A DNA stretch of 64,000 bases, from positions 1 to 64,000 of the forward strand of contig CBFIGY010000014.1 in the NCBI GenBank assembly GCA_965662235.1, in the 5' to 3' direction. Both the position numbers and the translations under genes were made by a program. The DNA comes from an uncultured bacterium (GTDB lineage Bacteria > SAR324 > NAC60-12). Under the pieces are notes generated by a model that saw only the letters and a program-made list of their open reading frames with translations, had not been told where the DNA came from and made no database searches. Of the stretch, positions 30,433 through 40,267 are shown piece after piece (the stretch's first letter is position 1; each line of letters starts with the position of its first letter).

Positions 30433-31641
30433 TCAAAAGGTCAGCAGGTGCCCCAGCTTGCTCTGCTTGGCACGGAGGTAGGCTTCGTTGCTGGGGTTGG
30501 TCGGCGTCTGCAGCGGCACCCGTTCCACCACCTCCAAGCCGTGCCCCTGAATGCCCACAATCTTCCGCGGGTTGTTTGTCATCAGGCGCATGCGTCGGAC
30601 TCCTAGGTGGTAGAGCATCTGAGCCCCCAGGCCGTAGTCCCTCAGGTCGGGCTGAAAGCCGAGTTCCTTGTTGGCTTCAACCGTATCAGCCCCTTCTTCC
30701 TGCAACCGGTAGGCCCGGATCTTGTTCATCAGCCCAATCCCACGTCCCTCCTGAGGCAGGTAGAGGATGACGCCCTTGCCTTCTCCTTCCACCAGTTCCA
30801 TGGCCGCATGCAGCTGCGGACCACAGTCGCACCGGAAGGAGCCAAACACGTCTCCCGTCAGGCACTCCGAGTGCACCCGGACCAGCACCGGCTCATCCGG
30901 CTCCCAGCTGCCCTTGACGAGCGCCACGTAGTCGCTGTCATCCAGCCGGCTGCGGAACCCAATCACCCGGAACGTCCCCCACTGAGTGGGCAGCACGGCC
31001 TCTGCCTTCACGTCCACCAGCGTCTCATGACGCTTGCGGTACTGAATCAGGTCGGCGATGGTGACCAGTTTGATGTTGTGGTCATCGGCAAACTGCCGAA
31101 GCTCCGGGTAGCGGGCCATGGAACCGTCGTCGTTCATGACCTCACAGATGACGCCTCCGGGCTTGAACCCTGCCATCCGGGCCAAGTCCACTGCAGCCTC
31201 CGTGTGTCCCGCTCGCTTGAGGACGCCTCCCTCTTGGGCCAGCAGCGGAAAGATGTGTCCCGGACGACGCAGGTCACCGGGTCCGGTATCAGAAGCCATC
31301 GCCACCTGCACGGTTCGGGCACGGTCGGCGGCAGAAATTCCTGTGGAGACCCCGGTGGCCGCTTCAATGGTGACCGTGAAGTTAGTGCCATGTCCGGAAG
31401 TGTTGTCTGCCACCATCAGGGGCAGGTCCAGCTGCTTGCAGCGGGCCTCATCAATTGGCATGCAGATCAGGCCTCGCGCGTATTTTGCCATGAAATTAAT
31501 GGCTTCCGGCGTAATTCTTTCTGCCGCACAGATGAGATCACCCTCATTTTCCCGGTCGGCATCGTCCACCATCAGGACCATTTCACCGTTGCGGATGGCC
31601 TCAATGGCTTCTTCAATTGTCTCAAAGCGGGTTTCCGTCAT
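30433..31641 (-). CDS. ribBA: Bifunctional DHBP synthase / GTP cyclohydrolase II
   Basis: [48 protein letters not shown]. Confidence 0.96.
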   Translation of the reverse strand: MTETRFETIEEAIEAIRNGEMVLMVDDADRENEGDLICAAERITPEAINFMAKYARGLICMPIDEARCKQLDLPLMVADNTSGHGTNFTVTIEAATGVSTGISAADRARTVQVAMASDTGPGDLRRPGHIFPLLAQEGGVLKRAGHTEAAVDLARMAGFKPGGVICEVMNDDGSMARYPELRQFADDHNIKLVTIADLIQYRKRHETLVDVKAEAVLPTQWGTFRVIGFRSRLDDSDYVALVKGSWEPDEPVLVRVHSECLTGDVFGSFRCDCGPQLHAAMELVEGEGKGVILYLPQEGRGIGLMNKIRAYRLQEEGADTVEANKELGFQPDLRDYGLGAQMLYHLGVRRMRLMTNNPRKIVGIQGHGLEVVERVPLQTPTNPSNEAYLRAKQSKLGHLLTF

Positions 31642-31849
31642 GAAGTCTCTCGGAAGGAGGCAGGAATAAATCGTCAATCGTGTCAACATAGCCTACTCAG
31701 ACGGAACGGGCAATTCCGATTGTCGCTCCAAGGAAGCCGCGCTGTCAGACCGGACGTCAGCCTTGATTTTTGCTTGCGTGCCAGAGGAAATCCGTTACGT
31801 TGTTCGCCAATGGAGCACTCGCCTAACTCTTACCCCAATACACCCTGAT

Positions 31850-32563
31850 ATGAAACGACGAAAATCCTTCATCGCCCTGGTTGCCTTGCTGTTCCTAGGA
31901 ACCACTGGCGCCTCTGCTGAGAGCCCGTTGAGCCTCGACTTCTCTCAGGCCTCAGGGGATCCGGAAGACTGGTTTGCCTCCCAAGGCTGGGAATTCAAGG
32001 AGGACATTGGGGACATGAATCCCCGCTTCGAAAACGGACGCTTTGTGGTTGAGCCCACCGACGATGACCTGGGCCTGGTAATCCGGCAGTTTGAGGAAGG
32101 CTCCTACCTAGACGGCGTGCAGCGCCTGCGCATCTCCTGGGGAGTAGAGCAGTATCCGGACGGCGCCGACTGGAGCGGTCCCAAGGACCAAACCCGCAAC
32201 ACACGTGAACCGATCTCCCTGATGGTCTTCTTTGGGGATGAGAAGGTGGACAGCGGCAACAGCTTTGTCCCGGACCTGCCTTACTTCATGAGCTTCTTCC
32301 TAGGAGAAAAGGAACGTCCCGATCAAGCCTATGTGGCCAACTACTGGCAGAAGGGCGGGCGGTACTTCTGCATTCCGTGCGACGGCAGCCTCAACAAGAC
32401 CTTTGTCACCGATGTGGAACTGCCCAAGCTCTTCCAGCAGGAATTCGGCAAGGCCATGCCTCCCATCAGCGGACTGACGATCGAGATTGACGTCCAGAAG
32501 ACCAATGAAAAGAACGGCCGACACGCCAAGGCCTACATTGAGCGCATCGAATTGCTCAACTGA
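31850..32563 (+). CDS. Exported protein, DUF3047-like
   Basis: Signal peptide; L.ISW.V..YP.GAD and F...FG...PPI.G..I..D pattern; CxxC. Confidence 0.55.
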   Translation: MKRRKSFIALVALLFLGTTGASAESPLSLDFSQASGDPEDWFASQGWEFKEDIGDMNPRFENGRFVVEPTDDDLGLVIRQFEEGSYLDGVQRLRISWGVEQYPDGADWSGPKDQTRNTREPISLMVFFGDEKVDSGNSFVPDLPYFMSFFLGEKERPDQAYVANYWQKGGRYFCIPCDGSLNKTFVTDVELPKLFQQEFGKAMPPISGLTIEIDVQKTNEKNGRHAKAYIERIELLN

Positions 32564-32580
32564 GCACTCCTGCGTTTGCA

Positions 32581-32604
32581 GGCTCCTCTGAAAACAGAGG
32601 GGCC
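32581..32604 (+). terminator. Hairpin between the exported-protein gene and DUF444
   Basis: GGCTCCTCTG-AAAA-CAGAGGGGCC; no U tract. Confidence 0.4.
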
Positions 32605-32622
32605 GTCACCTCGCTTCCTCAT

Positions 32623-33693
32623 GTGACGCCTATGCTTGAAACGGATTCAATCTCCTCCAGCGAGTCGGAAGGCGCCTTCAACGAATTCATCGAAGACCAG
32701 CTGGAAAACCTAGTGGACTCCATCCTCACCGAAGGGGACCTGACCTCTGTCGGTGAGCGGGGCAGCGACGTCATCGTTGAAATTGACGACATCATCGCGC
32801 CCACCTTCACCTATGGTGACGAAGGCGGCGGAGGCGGTGGAGGGGGCTCTGGTCCCGGACGAGGCGGCGGAAAGATTCGCTTCAGCGTCCCCTTCGACTT
32901 CCTCATGGAACGGGTTGCGCGCTCCTTGCGCCTGCCCAACCTGAAGAAGGAAGGCAAGGGACGCATCAAGGAAGTCACCCACGAGTTCAAGACCTTTGGT
33001 CCCGTGGGCACCATCTTGGACAAAAAGCGGACCTTCAAGCGAGCCCTCAAGTCCAGCATCGGCATGGAGGTGTACCGTCCGGAAGAGGGACAGCACACCA
33101 TTGAGTTTCACCGTCGCGACCGCCGCTACCGGGTTCCGGAACGGGTGGAGAAGCCCAAGTTCAAGGCGGTCGTCTTCTACATGGGAGACATTTCCTTCTC
33201 CACCTATGGTGAGCGCCTGAAGCTAGAGAAGCGGCTGGTGGGCTTCATCCAGCACTGGATCGATTTCAACTACGGCGCCAAGAATGTGGAGCACCGTTTC
33301 TTTGTGCACGACGCCGACGCCCATGAGGTGCAGGAGGAGGATTTCTATCAGGTAGGCAACTCCGGAGGCACCCTTGCAGCGCCGGTGTACCAGCTCGTGC
33401 ACCAAGTGGCCACCAATGAATACGACCCGTCATCAACCAATTTTTACGGGTTCTACTTTGGAGACGGGGAGCTGTTTGATGAAGATGCGAAGGAGATTGT
33501 CGCTGTTCTGGAAGACCAGATGCGGCCCATCTTCAACCGCATTGGCATCGTCGAGGTCCAGCCAGGACGGCTCAGCCTACTGAACCGTCAGGTGGCCACG
33601 CAGTTTCACCGAGACCAGGTGATCCGGCTTGGTGAGATCAACGACCGTTTGGAAACCATCGAAGTGATCAAAACCCTGTTCGCGGAACGCTGA
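32623..33693 (+). CDS. DUF444 / YeaH-YhbH family VWA-like protein
   Basis: Gly-rich linker, L.LPNL, KRT.K.AL, MIDAS-like DISFS...SGGT...GDGE. Confidence 0.85.
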   Translation: MTPMLETDSISSSESEGAFNEFIEDQLENLVDSILTEGDLTSVGERGSDVIVEIDDIIAPTFTYGDEGGGGGGGGSGPGRGGGKIRFSVPFDFLMERVARSLRLPNLKKEGKGRIKEVTHEFKTFGPVGTILDKKRTFKRALKSSIGMEVYRPEEGQHTIEFHRRDRRYRVPERVEKPKFKAVVFYMGDISFSTYGERLKLEKRLVGFIQHWIDFNYGAKNVEHRFFVHDADAHEVQEEDFYQVGNSGGTLAAPVYQLVHQVATNEYDPSSTNFYGFYFGDGELFDEDAKEIVAVLEDQMRPIFNRIGIVEVQPGRLSLLNRQVATQFHRDQVIRLGEINDRLETIEVIKTLFAER

Positions 33694-35315
33694 TGCGGAG
33701 CATTCAAACCGACCCTGAACTGCACTTTCTGGAACAACGGGTCCTGCACCACGCCCGAGACTTCGGACGGACCCTCCCCGAGATGCGCTTCTTTGTGCTG
33801 GACAGCACCGAGTTCATGTCGTTGCTGGAAAAGGGCGTCTACCCCACCTCCCCGGTCAACATCTGGGAAGGCAAGCGTATGGTGGGCCGCAAGCACCGGG
33901 TGGAAACAGGACAAGAATCTGCCATTTATTATGAGGTTGTCCAGACCGGCAACCCGTCTTACGCCTACCTCAACCACACCAACTCACCGATGATGCAGGC
34001 GTCGGTGATGGCACACGTGGTCGGGCACTGCGAGTTTTCTGAGCTGAACGTCCTCCGAGATTCGACTCAGGACCGGACCGAGTACGTCATGCACCTGGTC
34101 CGCAAGGTCGACCTCGCCCGGCAGCAGATGGGAGAGGTGCACTACTCTCAGTACTGGAACGCCTGCGAGTCGCTGATCTCGCTGATCTCCCCGCACTCTC
34201 AGTACAACCTTGCCCGCTCCGTCGAAACCGACACCCCGGCACGGCAGCAGGAAACCGATACCCACATCGCTGAGAAGCAACCGCCCTCGCCCCTTGCTCC
34301 CATCTCGTCGACACTCGATGCCCTGCTCCTGCAGCCCGACCCGGATCAGGCCTGGTACAAGGAGATGCAGTCGAAGATCCGACAGGAGACCCTGAGCCGC
34401 AAGGGGTACAAGCTCCGGGCACCGTGTCAGGACATCTTTGGCTTCCTCCGGAACCATGCGCCCACAAGTCGCTCGGAGAAGACGCTGCTCAACTACCTTT
34501 ACACCACCCACTTCACCCACGACTTCATCATCCGGACTCAGATCATGAACGAGGGCTGGGCGATGTACTGGGAGAAAAAGATCATGCTGGAGCTGTTCAA
34601 GGAAAAGGCGGTCACCGGTATCATTGACTACGCCCGGGTGTTTTCTGGAGTCTGCTACCCTCGTCCTTATTACGCCCGCAACCCGTATCACCTCGGCTTC
34701 CACCTCTGGAACCACATTGAGGAACTCTACCGCGAGGGCAAGGTTTCCCTGGCCTATGCCGAAGAAACCGACCAGTCCGTCAAGGACCACTGGAAGCGGG
34801 AACCAGACAAGCCGCCTGTTGCCTACATGGAAGACCTCATCCGGACGGTGACGGATTACGAATTCCTCCGGCGCTTCCTCACCCCAGCGCTGGTCCACGA
34901 GTTCCACCTCAACCGCTTCCACCGGGCAGAGGCGCAACGCCTGCGCCTGCCGCCAGACAGCATTGTCCAAGAAGACCGGAACTACGTCTGGCTCGATCCG
35001 GAGCCCGTCAAGGAAGAGATGCTGCAGTTCTTTACGCACTTCCACCGGCCGCGGATCTACCTCATTGATACCGACTTTCAGGATGGTGGCCTGCTGCTGT
35101 ACCACCGGGACGATGGCCGCCGCCTCCGGAAGGACTGGATCAAGCCCACCCTCAAGAACCTCAACATGGTCTGGAAGGGGCCGGTGTACCTCATCTCCCG
35201 CAACTGGCTCTACTCCTTTTCAGCCAACCTGTTTAAGGAGACCGTGGTCACCGAGCTGCGCTTTGAGGCCATTCTGGAGCGCATGCAGCGCTCTGAAAAA
35301 CCGTTTCGGATGTAG
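33693..35315 (+). CDS. SpoVR / YcgB family protein
   Basis: P..AYL...N, AHVVGH, TQIMNEGWAMYW, NPYHLG, D..FLRRFLT. Confidence 0.9.
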   Translation: MRSIQTDPELHFLEQRVLHHARDFGRTLPEMRFFVLDSTEFMSLLEKGVYPTSPVNIWEGKRMVGRKHRVETGQESAIYYEVVQTGNPSYAYLNHTNSPMMQASVMAHVVGHCEFSELNVLRDSTQDRTEYVMHLVRKVDLARQQMGEVHYSQYWNACESLISLISPHSQYNLARSVETDTPARQQETDTHIAEKQPPSPLAPISSTLDALLLQPDPDQAWYKEMQSKIRQETLSRKGYKLRAPCQDIFGFLRNHAPTSRSEKTLLNYLYTTHFTHDFIIRTQIMNEGWAMYWEKKIMLELFKEKAVTGIIDYARVFSGVCYPRPYYARNPYHLGFHLWNHIEELYREGKVSLAYAEETDQSVKDHWKREPDKPPVAYMEDLIRTVTDYEFLRRFLTPALVHEFHLNRFHRAEAQRLRLPPDSIVQEDRNYVWLDPEPVKEEMLQFFTHFHRPRIYLIDTDFQDGGLLLYHRDDGRRLRKDWIKPTLKNLNMVWKGPVYLISRNWLYSFSANLFKETVVTELRFEAILERMQRSEKPFRM

Positions 35316-35318
35316 CTC

Positions 35319-36158
35319 ATGCCTGTGCGGATGGTTAGCTGGAACATTCAGTATGGAAAGGGCACTGACGGGCAGGTTAATTTGTCCCGGACCTGTGACG
35401 TGTTGCGGTCCGGGGACCCGGACCTGATCTGCCTGCAGGAGGTTGCTCGGCATGACCCGCAGCTGGACGGAGCCGACCAATTCGCCGAACTGCAGCAAGC
35501 GTTTCCGGACCATGAAGCCTTCTGGGGCGCAGCCGTGGAGCGTCCGGGAAGAGCATCAGGGCAGCGTTATGGATTCGGAAACGTCATCCTCTCACGCCTC
35601 CCATGGACGCAGGTGCAGCGTATCCGGCTTCCGTATCCGGCAGACCCGCAGTTTTTGTCCATGCCACGGCAGATGATTGAGCTGTCCCTCGCCTGTGGGT
35701 TCCGGCTGCTGACCACTCACCTTGAGTTCTTTTCCGAGTTTCAGCAACTGGCTCAGGTGGAAGCGCTCCGGGAGCACGAACTGGAGGCGCAGGAGCACGC
35801 GGCAGCACCAGGTCCTAGCAAGCCTGGAACACCGTTTGACGCCCCTCCGGTTCCGGCAGGAGCGGTGCTCTGTGGTGACCTCAACCTGACGCCTCAGAGC
35901 CCGTCTTATCGGCACCTCACTTCTGCAGAAGGAACCGGACACCCGGTTTGGGAAGACGCCTGGGCCCTGCTTTCTCCGGAGCACCCGCACCCTGCCACCT
36001 GTGGCGTTCACCCGGACCCTCAGTGGCGTGAAGGTCCGCACTGTCGCGACTACTTCTTGGTCTCCGGATCCGCCCGTCAGCAGCTCCGGCGCCTGTGGGT
36101 CGACACCGAAACACAGGCCTCTGATCATCAACCCGTCTGGCTGGAGTTGGACGCATGA
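35319..36158 (+). CDS. Endonuclease/exonuclease/phosphatase family protein
   Basis: SWNIQ, DLICLQEV, GNVILSR, TTHL, CGDLN, SDHQP. Confidence 0.9.
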   Translation: MPVRMVSWNIQYGKGTDGQVNLSRTCDVLRSGDPDLICLQEVARHDPQLDGADQFAELQQAFPDHEAFWGAAVERPGRASGQRYGFGNVILSRLPWTQVQRIRLPYPADPQFLSMPRQMIELSLACGFRLLTTHLEFFSEFQQLAQVEALREHELEAQEHAAAPGPSKPGTPFDAPPVPAGAVLCGDLNLTPQSPSYRHLTSAEGTGHPVWEDAWALLSPEHPHPATCGVHPDPQWREGPHCRDYFLVSGSARQQLRRLWVDTETQASDHQPVWLELDA

Positions 36159-36373
36159 AGTACCTCTGGCTGAGCGCCCTGCTCTTCACCGCCTGCTCCT
36201 CAGGCTCTTCCTTGCAGTACCGGACGGTCCCTGACTCCAAGTACCTCCTTTCCTGCCAAAGCACCCCGCACAACTGCTTCCGCCGGGCCGACTTCATTTG
36301 CGGCAACCGCCTCAAGGTGCTGGGGATGTCGCTCCAGGAGGAAGATGCGCAGGTGCTGATTTCCTGTCGATGA
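36155..36373 (+). CDS. Small Cys-rich lipoprotein
   Basis: Lipobox FTAC; four further Cys; ATGA coupling to the upstream gene. Confidence 0.65.
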   Translation: MKYLWLSALLFTACSSGSSLQYRTVPDSKYLLSCQSTPHNCFRRADFICGNRLKVLGMSLQEEDAQVLISCR

Positions 36374-36452
36374 ACCACAGCCTCCTCCCGTTGCCTTGAA
36401 TTTGCATGGCCTTGCGACAGTGACGCAAGACCCCTTACGCAAATGACGTTTC

Positions 36453-37019
36453 ATGCGAATTTTTGGCTTACTTTTCCTCGGATTCTTTCTCCTCAGCACC
36501 ACCCTAGAAGCCGCAGGGCCTCCGTGGCGCCTACGCTTCATCGCGCCTCGGAGTGAGTCCGGAGCCCTCCAGTTGAATGAACAGACGCCTGAAGACGCCT
36601 CCAATTCCAGTGGCAAGGGCTTCTCCCTCATCTTTGGGAACGGCTTCGGCTTTGGCATTTCCAACATGCAGACCGACGGTTCTGTCGCTGGAAACCCGGT
36701 TTCCGTCAGTGCCGACAGCCTAGATGTGTCTTACACCATCGGGTCTCGCTGGAGCCTCACGCTTGGCGTGGGCACCATCACCGCTGGTGACTCAACGCTT
36801 TGGCAGTCTGGAGTGGCTTATGCCACTGGGAATGTGGAGGGCCGAACGGCACTGGGCCTGCTGGGCCTCCCGTTTTTGGGAGGAGAGGTGTTGGTGGGAA
36901 TGCGAGGGGATGATGTGGAGTACCGGGGCTATCGCTCTGCTTCCAGCCCCAACCCGACCAGCACCGTCCTCACGTCTTCCACCCGTCAGGTGATGCTGGG
37001 CTTCGGGCTCTTCTTCTAG
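36453..37019 (+). CDS. Putative small outer-membrane beta-barrel protein
   Basis: Signal peptide, alternating Gly/hydrophobic strands, C-terminal MLGFGLFF. Confidence 0.55.
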   Translation: MRIFGLLFLGFFLLSTTLEAAGPPWRLRFIAPRSESGALQLNEQTPEDASNSSGKGFSLIFGNGFGFGISNMQTDGSVAGNPVSVSADSLDVSYTIGSRWSLTLGVGTITAGDSTLWQSGVAYATGNVEGRTALGLLGLPFLGGEVLVGMRGDDVEYRGYRSASSPNPTSTVLTSSTRQVMLGFGLFF

Positions 37020-37023
37020 CCGA

Positions 37024-37485
37024 TCAGCTTTTTCGCATCTCAGACTCAATGTTAGCCAGGGCTCGCTTCAGGTTGGGCTCTGGCAGCGTCGCTTCTAGGA
37101 TCACCAGTGCGCGCTTGTCGTCCTGAAAGAGAGGAAAGACCAGCACCTCCTGCGGAAGGACCTGCCGGGTCCGGAAGAACGTTTGATCCGTCTTGCGCGA
37201 AAAGCCCTCAAAGACCTGGTTAAACTTCTCAAAGTCAAACTTCCGGACCTGCAGGGCCTGCTTCTGGTCGATGTTCCGCTTGAGCCGGTAGGTCAACTCA
37301 TCCGCCACATGTCCTTCCACATCCTTGGAGTTCTTCCGAACCGTGTTGGAAATCACGGCAATTCCTCCTGCCTTTCCCTGAATCGTCTTGACGTACAGTT
37401 GGTCCAGAAAGGTCTCCCAGTCGGGCCGTACCACATCATGCCCGCTGGCCTGAAGGTTCTTCTTGCTTCCAAATAGTCCAAACAT
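37024..37485 (-). CDS. Hypothetical protein
   Basis: 153-aa ORF with host-like codon usage, divergent from the sox cluster. Confidence 0.65.
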   Translation of the reverse strand: MFGLFGSKKNLQASGHDVVRPDWETFLDQLYVKTIQGKAGGIAVISNTVRKNSKDVEGHVADELTYRLKRNIDQKQALQVRKFDFEKFNQVFEGFSRKTDQTFFRTRQVLPQEVLVFPLFQDDKRALVILEATLPEPNLKRALANIESEMRKS

Positions 37486-37707
37486 GGGATCTCACATGCT
37501 GATGAGTAGAGACAGCGTCTTAAGTGAGACGCTGGGACTTAATCTTGCCGAAATGGCCCTAACATTCAAGTAGCACGATGCATCGCCGGCTCCCCCCTTG
37601 TTCTCAGCTGGAAGCCACCCGCCTTCTAGGTAACTCTACGTAGTGAGGGGCTTGCCTTTCCGAAAAGGATATGCTTTGATTCTACGCTAGTCGCAAAGCG
37701 ATTTTTT

Positions 37708-37725
37708 TATTTGAATACTCAAATA
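37708..37725. promoter_or_regulatory. Operator-like palindrome upstream of soxX
   Basis: TATTTGA-ATAC-TCAAATA, 16 of 18 positions self-complementary, in an AT-rich patch 60 nt before soxX. Confidence 0.5.
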
Positions 37726-37785
37726 CTACCTCACCGACCGGCACCCAACGGTCCGGGGGGATCACTCCAATTTCATGAGGGGATC

Positions 37786-38127
37786 ATGAGAAAAACGCTA
37801 ATCACCGGATTCGCCCTGCTGCTGGCAGGAGTCGCCTGGGGAGAGAGCGATGCTGAGCGCATTGCCCAAGGAAAGGCGATTGCCTGGAACAGCACCAAAG
37901 GCAACTGCTTGGCCTGTCACATGATGGATAATGGGGACCTGCCTGGAAACACGGCCCCGCCTTTGATGATGATGAAGAGCCGCTTTCCTTCCAAAGCCGC
38001 GCTGCGGTCCCAGATCTGGGATCCGACGGTCCGCAACCCGAGCACCTTCATGCCGCCGTTTGGCAAGCATAAGATTCTGACGGAGAAGGAAGTGGATCTG
38101 GTCACCGACTACATCTACTCGCTCTAA
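37786..38127 (+). CDS. soxX: SoxX cytochrome c
   Basis: KGNCLACH, GN.APPL, MPPFG. Confidence 0.93.
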   Translation: MRKTLITGFALLLAGVAWGESDAERIAQGKAIAWNSTKGNCLACHMMDNGDLPGNTAPPLMMMKSRFPSKAALRSQIWDPTVRNPSTFMPPFGKHKILTEKEVDLVTDYIYSL

Positions 38128-38168
38128 TTGAACCGCATCACCTGTAACGATCCACGAGGAGAGATCTC

Positions 38169-38633
38169 ATGAACCGAAGATCATTCTTGAATAACGTCTT
38201 CCGTACGGGAACGCTGGCCTCCTTGGCCGTCGCCGGACTGGCGCTGCCCAAGCAGCTGCTTGCCGCCTGGAACCAGAAGGCCTTCAAGTCCAAGCAGTAC
38301 ACCGATGCTGTCAGCGAGCTGTATGGCTCGGCCAGCATGGAGCAGTCAGACAACATCATCCTCAAGGCTCCGGACATTGCGGAGAACGGCGCGGTGGTCC
38401 CGATCACCGTGGAGAGTGAGTTGCCAAACATCGAGTCCATCTCGATCCTAGTGGAAGCGAACCCGTCTCCGCTGGCGGCTGAGTTCCAGTTTGGTGCCGG
38501 CATGCGGGGCTACGCCTCCACGCGCCTGAAGATGGGAAAGACGTCCAACGTCCATGCCGTGGTCAAGGCTGACGGCAAGCTCTATCAAGCGACCAAGGAA
38601 GTGAAGGTCACCATTGGTGGCTGCGGCGGTTAA
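38169..38633 (+). CDS. soxY: Sulfur carrier SoxY
   Basis: Tat signal NRRSFL; APDIAENG; C-terminal VKVTIGGCGG. Confidence 0.97.
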   Translation: MNRRSFLNNVFRTGTLASLAVAGLALPKQLLAAWNQKAFKSKQYTDAVSELYGSASMEQSDNIILKAPDIAENGAVVPITVESELPNIESISILVEANPSPLAAEFQFGAGMRGYASTRLKMGKTSNVHAVVKADGKLYQATKEVKVTIGGCGG

Positions 38634-38669
38634 TTCGGACAACATTCCCACTCACTCAAGGAGACCATT

Positions 38670-38978
38670 ATGGCAAACAGTGTTCGCATGCGCGCAAAGG
38701 CAACGGGAGACATCGTTGAGGTGAAGGCCCTCGTTCAGCACCCCATGGATACCGGACAAGCCAAGGACAAAAACGGGAACCTCATCCCGGAGTACTTCAT
38801 TCAAACCGTCGAAGCCAAGGTCAACGGCGCCACCATGCTCAATGCTCAGTGGAGCGTTGCCGTTTCCAAGAACCCGTACCTTGCCTTTCAGTACAGCGGC
38901 AAGAAGGGAGACAAGATCGAGTTGGTCTGTGTAGACAACAAGGGAGAGACCTTCACCGGCAAGACCAGCGTTCGCTAA
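38670..38978 (+). CDS. soxZ: SoxZ
   Basis: HPMDTG, VSKNPY.AF, GD.I....DNKG. Confidence 0.95.
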   Translation: MANSVRMRAKATGDIVEVKALVQHPMDTGQAKDKNGNLIPEYFIQTVEAKVNGATMLNAQWSVAVSKNPYLAFQYSGKKGDKIELVCVDNKGETFTGKTSVR

Positions 38979-39025
38979 CGCCAAACCAGGATGAGGCTTG
39001 GGCCTCATCCCGTTAGGAGATAATT

Positions 39026-39880
39026 ATGAAGAAGTTGATGATCAGCGCCCTCAGCCTCCTGTTGGTGGGAGGAGGAGTGGTCTCAAACGTCTGGGCCGAA
39101 GCCAACCCAGAAGAAGACCGCCAGCACTTTGTGCAGTACTTTCAGCAGCGGTTCCCAGAAATTGCGATGGAAGACTACGTTGATGGCGCCTACGCTCTGC
39201 CGGTGAATGCTGCCGGTCGCGAGGAGTGGCTGACCATTGAGGAGTTCCCTCCGTATGAGCTCGCCCTCGGCGAGGGTGAGGAGCTCTGGAACACCCCTTT
39301 CCAGAACGGAAAGACGTACCAGGACTGCTTCCCCTACGCTCTGGAAGACGGCATCAAGCAGCACTACCCGCAGTGGAGTGAAGAGCGCCAGATGGTCGTT
39401 ACCCTTGAGCTGGCGCTGAACGAGTGCCGAGAGGCAAACGGAGAGAAGCCGTTTGGCTGGAAGAAGGGCAAGATCGCCTCCCTGAGCGCCTACGTGGGCT
39501 TCATGTCCCGAGGCAAGGTTCAGAATATGGAAGCCCCCAGCACACCAGGCGCGCTGGCAGCGTATGAAGCAGGCAGGCACCACTACTACGCCAAGCGGGG
39601 CCAGCTCAACATGTCCTGTGCCGACTGCCACGTCTATAACTCCGGCATGCGGGTGCGTTCGGAGACCCTCAGTCCTTCCCTTGGTCACACCACGCACTTC
39701 CCGGTGTACCGGTCCAAGTGGGGCGCCATGGGAACCCTGCACCGTCGTTTCGGAGGCTGCAACGAGCAGGTCCGAGCCAAGTCCTTCAAAGCGCAAGGTC
39801 CAGAGTACCGCAACCTGGAATACTTCCTTGCTTACATGAGTAACGGCATGGCGATCAACTCGCCCGGAGCCCGTAAATAA
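39026..39880 (+). CDS. soxA: SoxA, monoheme
   Basis: One CADCH heme motif; degenerate first site (YQDC...NECR); FPVYRSKWG, RRFGGCNEQVRA catalytic Cys. Confidence 0.95.
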   Translation: MKKLMISALSLLLVGGGVVSNVWAEANPEEDRQHFVQYFQQRFPEIAMEDYVDGAYALPVNAAGREEWLTIEEFPPYELALGEGEELWNTPFQNGKTYQDCFPYALEDGIKQHYPQWSEERQMVVTLELALNECREANGEKPFGWKKGKIASLSAYVGFMSRGKVQNMEAPSTPGALAAYEAGRHHYYAKRGQLNMSCADCHVYNSGMRVRSETLSPSLGHTTHFPVYRSKWGAMGTLHRRFGGCNEQVRAKSFKAQGPEYRNLEYFLAYMSNGMAINSPGARK

Positions 39881-39891
39881 GGAGGTTTCTG

Positions 39892-40194
39892 ATGAAAAAA
39901 CTCACCCTTTTGCTGGGAGCGGCCCTCCTCACATCCGGAGTGGCGTTTGCCCAGTGCAACCAAGACACCTACAAGCAGTACCGGGCAGAAGCCGAAGCCT
40001 CTCGCAAAAAGGCCGCTTCGGTCGGTGGCGAGTGGTGGATGGCCACGCTCCCTAACCCCATGAAGGACGCTGAAAAAGCAGCCAAAGCAGGCAAGTACGA
40101 AGAAGCCTGCGAGTTGGTCATCATGGTCCGAGACTGGGGCGAGCTGGGTTATGCCCAGGCCATGAGCCAAAAGGATGCGGGTCCCCGCTTCTAA
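39892..40194 (+). CDS. soxK: SoxAX-binding protein SoxK
   Basis: Signal peptide; RKKAASVGGEW, AEKAAKAG, ELGYAQA..QK.AGP; position after soxA. Confidence 0.8.
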   Translation: MKKLTLLLGAALLTSGVAFAQCNQDTYKQYRAEAEASRKKAASVGGEWWMATLPNPMKDAEKAAKAGKYEEACELVIMVRDWGELGYAQAMSQKDAGPRF

Positions 40195-40267
40195 GTTCCT
40201 TAAGAGGCTCCTTCCCCCACGAAGGGGCCTCTCCCCAACCGTTACAACTTCCATACTGTTTTCGTCT

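Noticed and set aside
31642..31849. FMN riboswitch upstream of ribBA
   Set aside because: Conserved RFN motifs were not found on the minus strand by eye; a covariance-model search would be definitive.
32824..32870. Gly-codon run as a phase-variable tract
   Set aside because: Mixed Gly codons encoding the Gly-rich linker normal for DUF444 proteins.
37640..37702. c-di-GMP-I riboswitch before soxX (GAAA and GCAAAG motifs)
   Set aside because: Lacks the GCAAACC and P2/P3 arrangement; only short unrelated hairpins.
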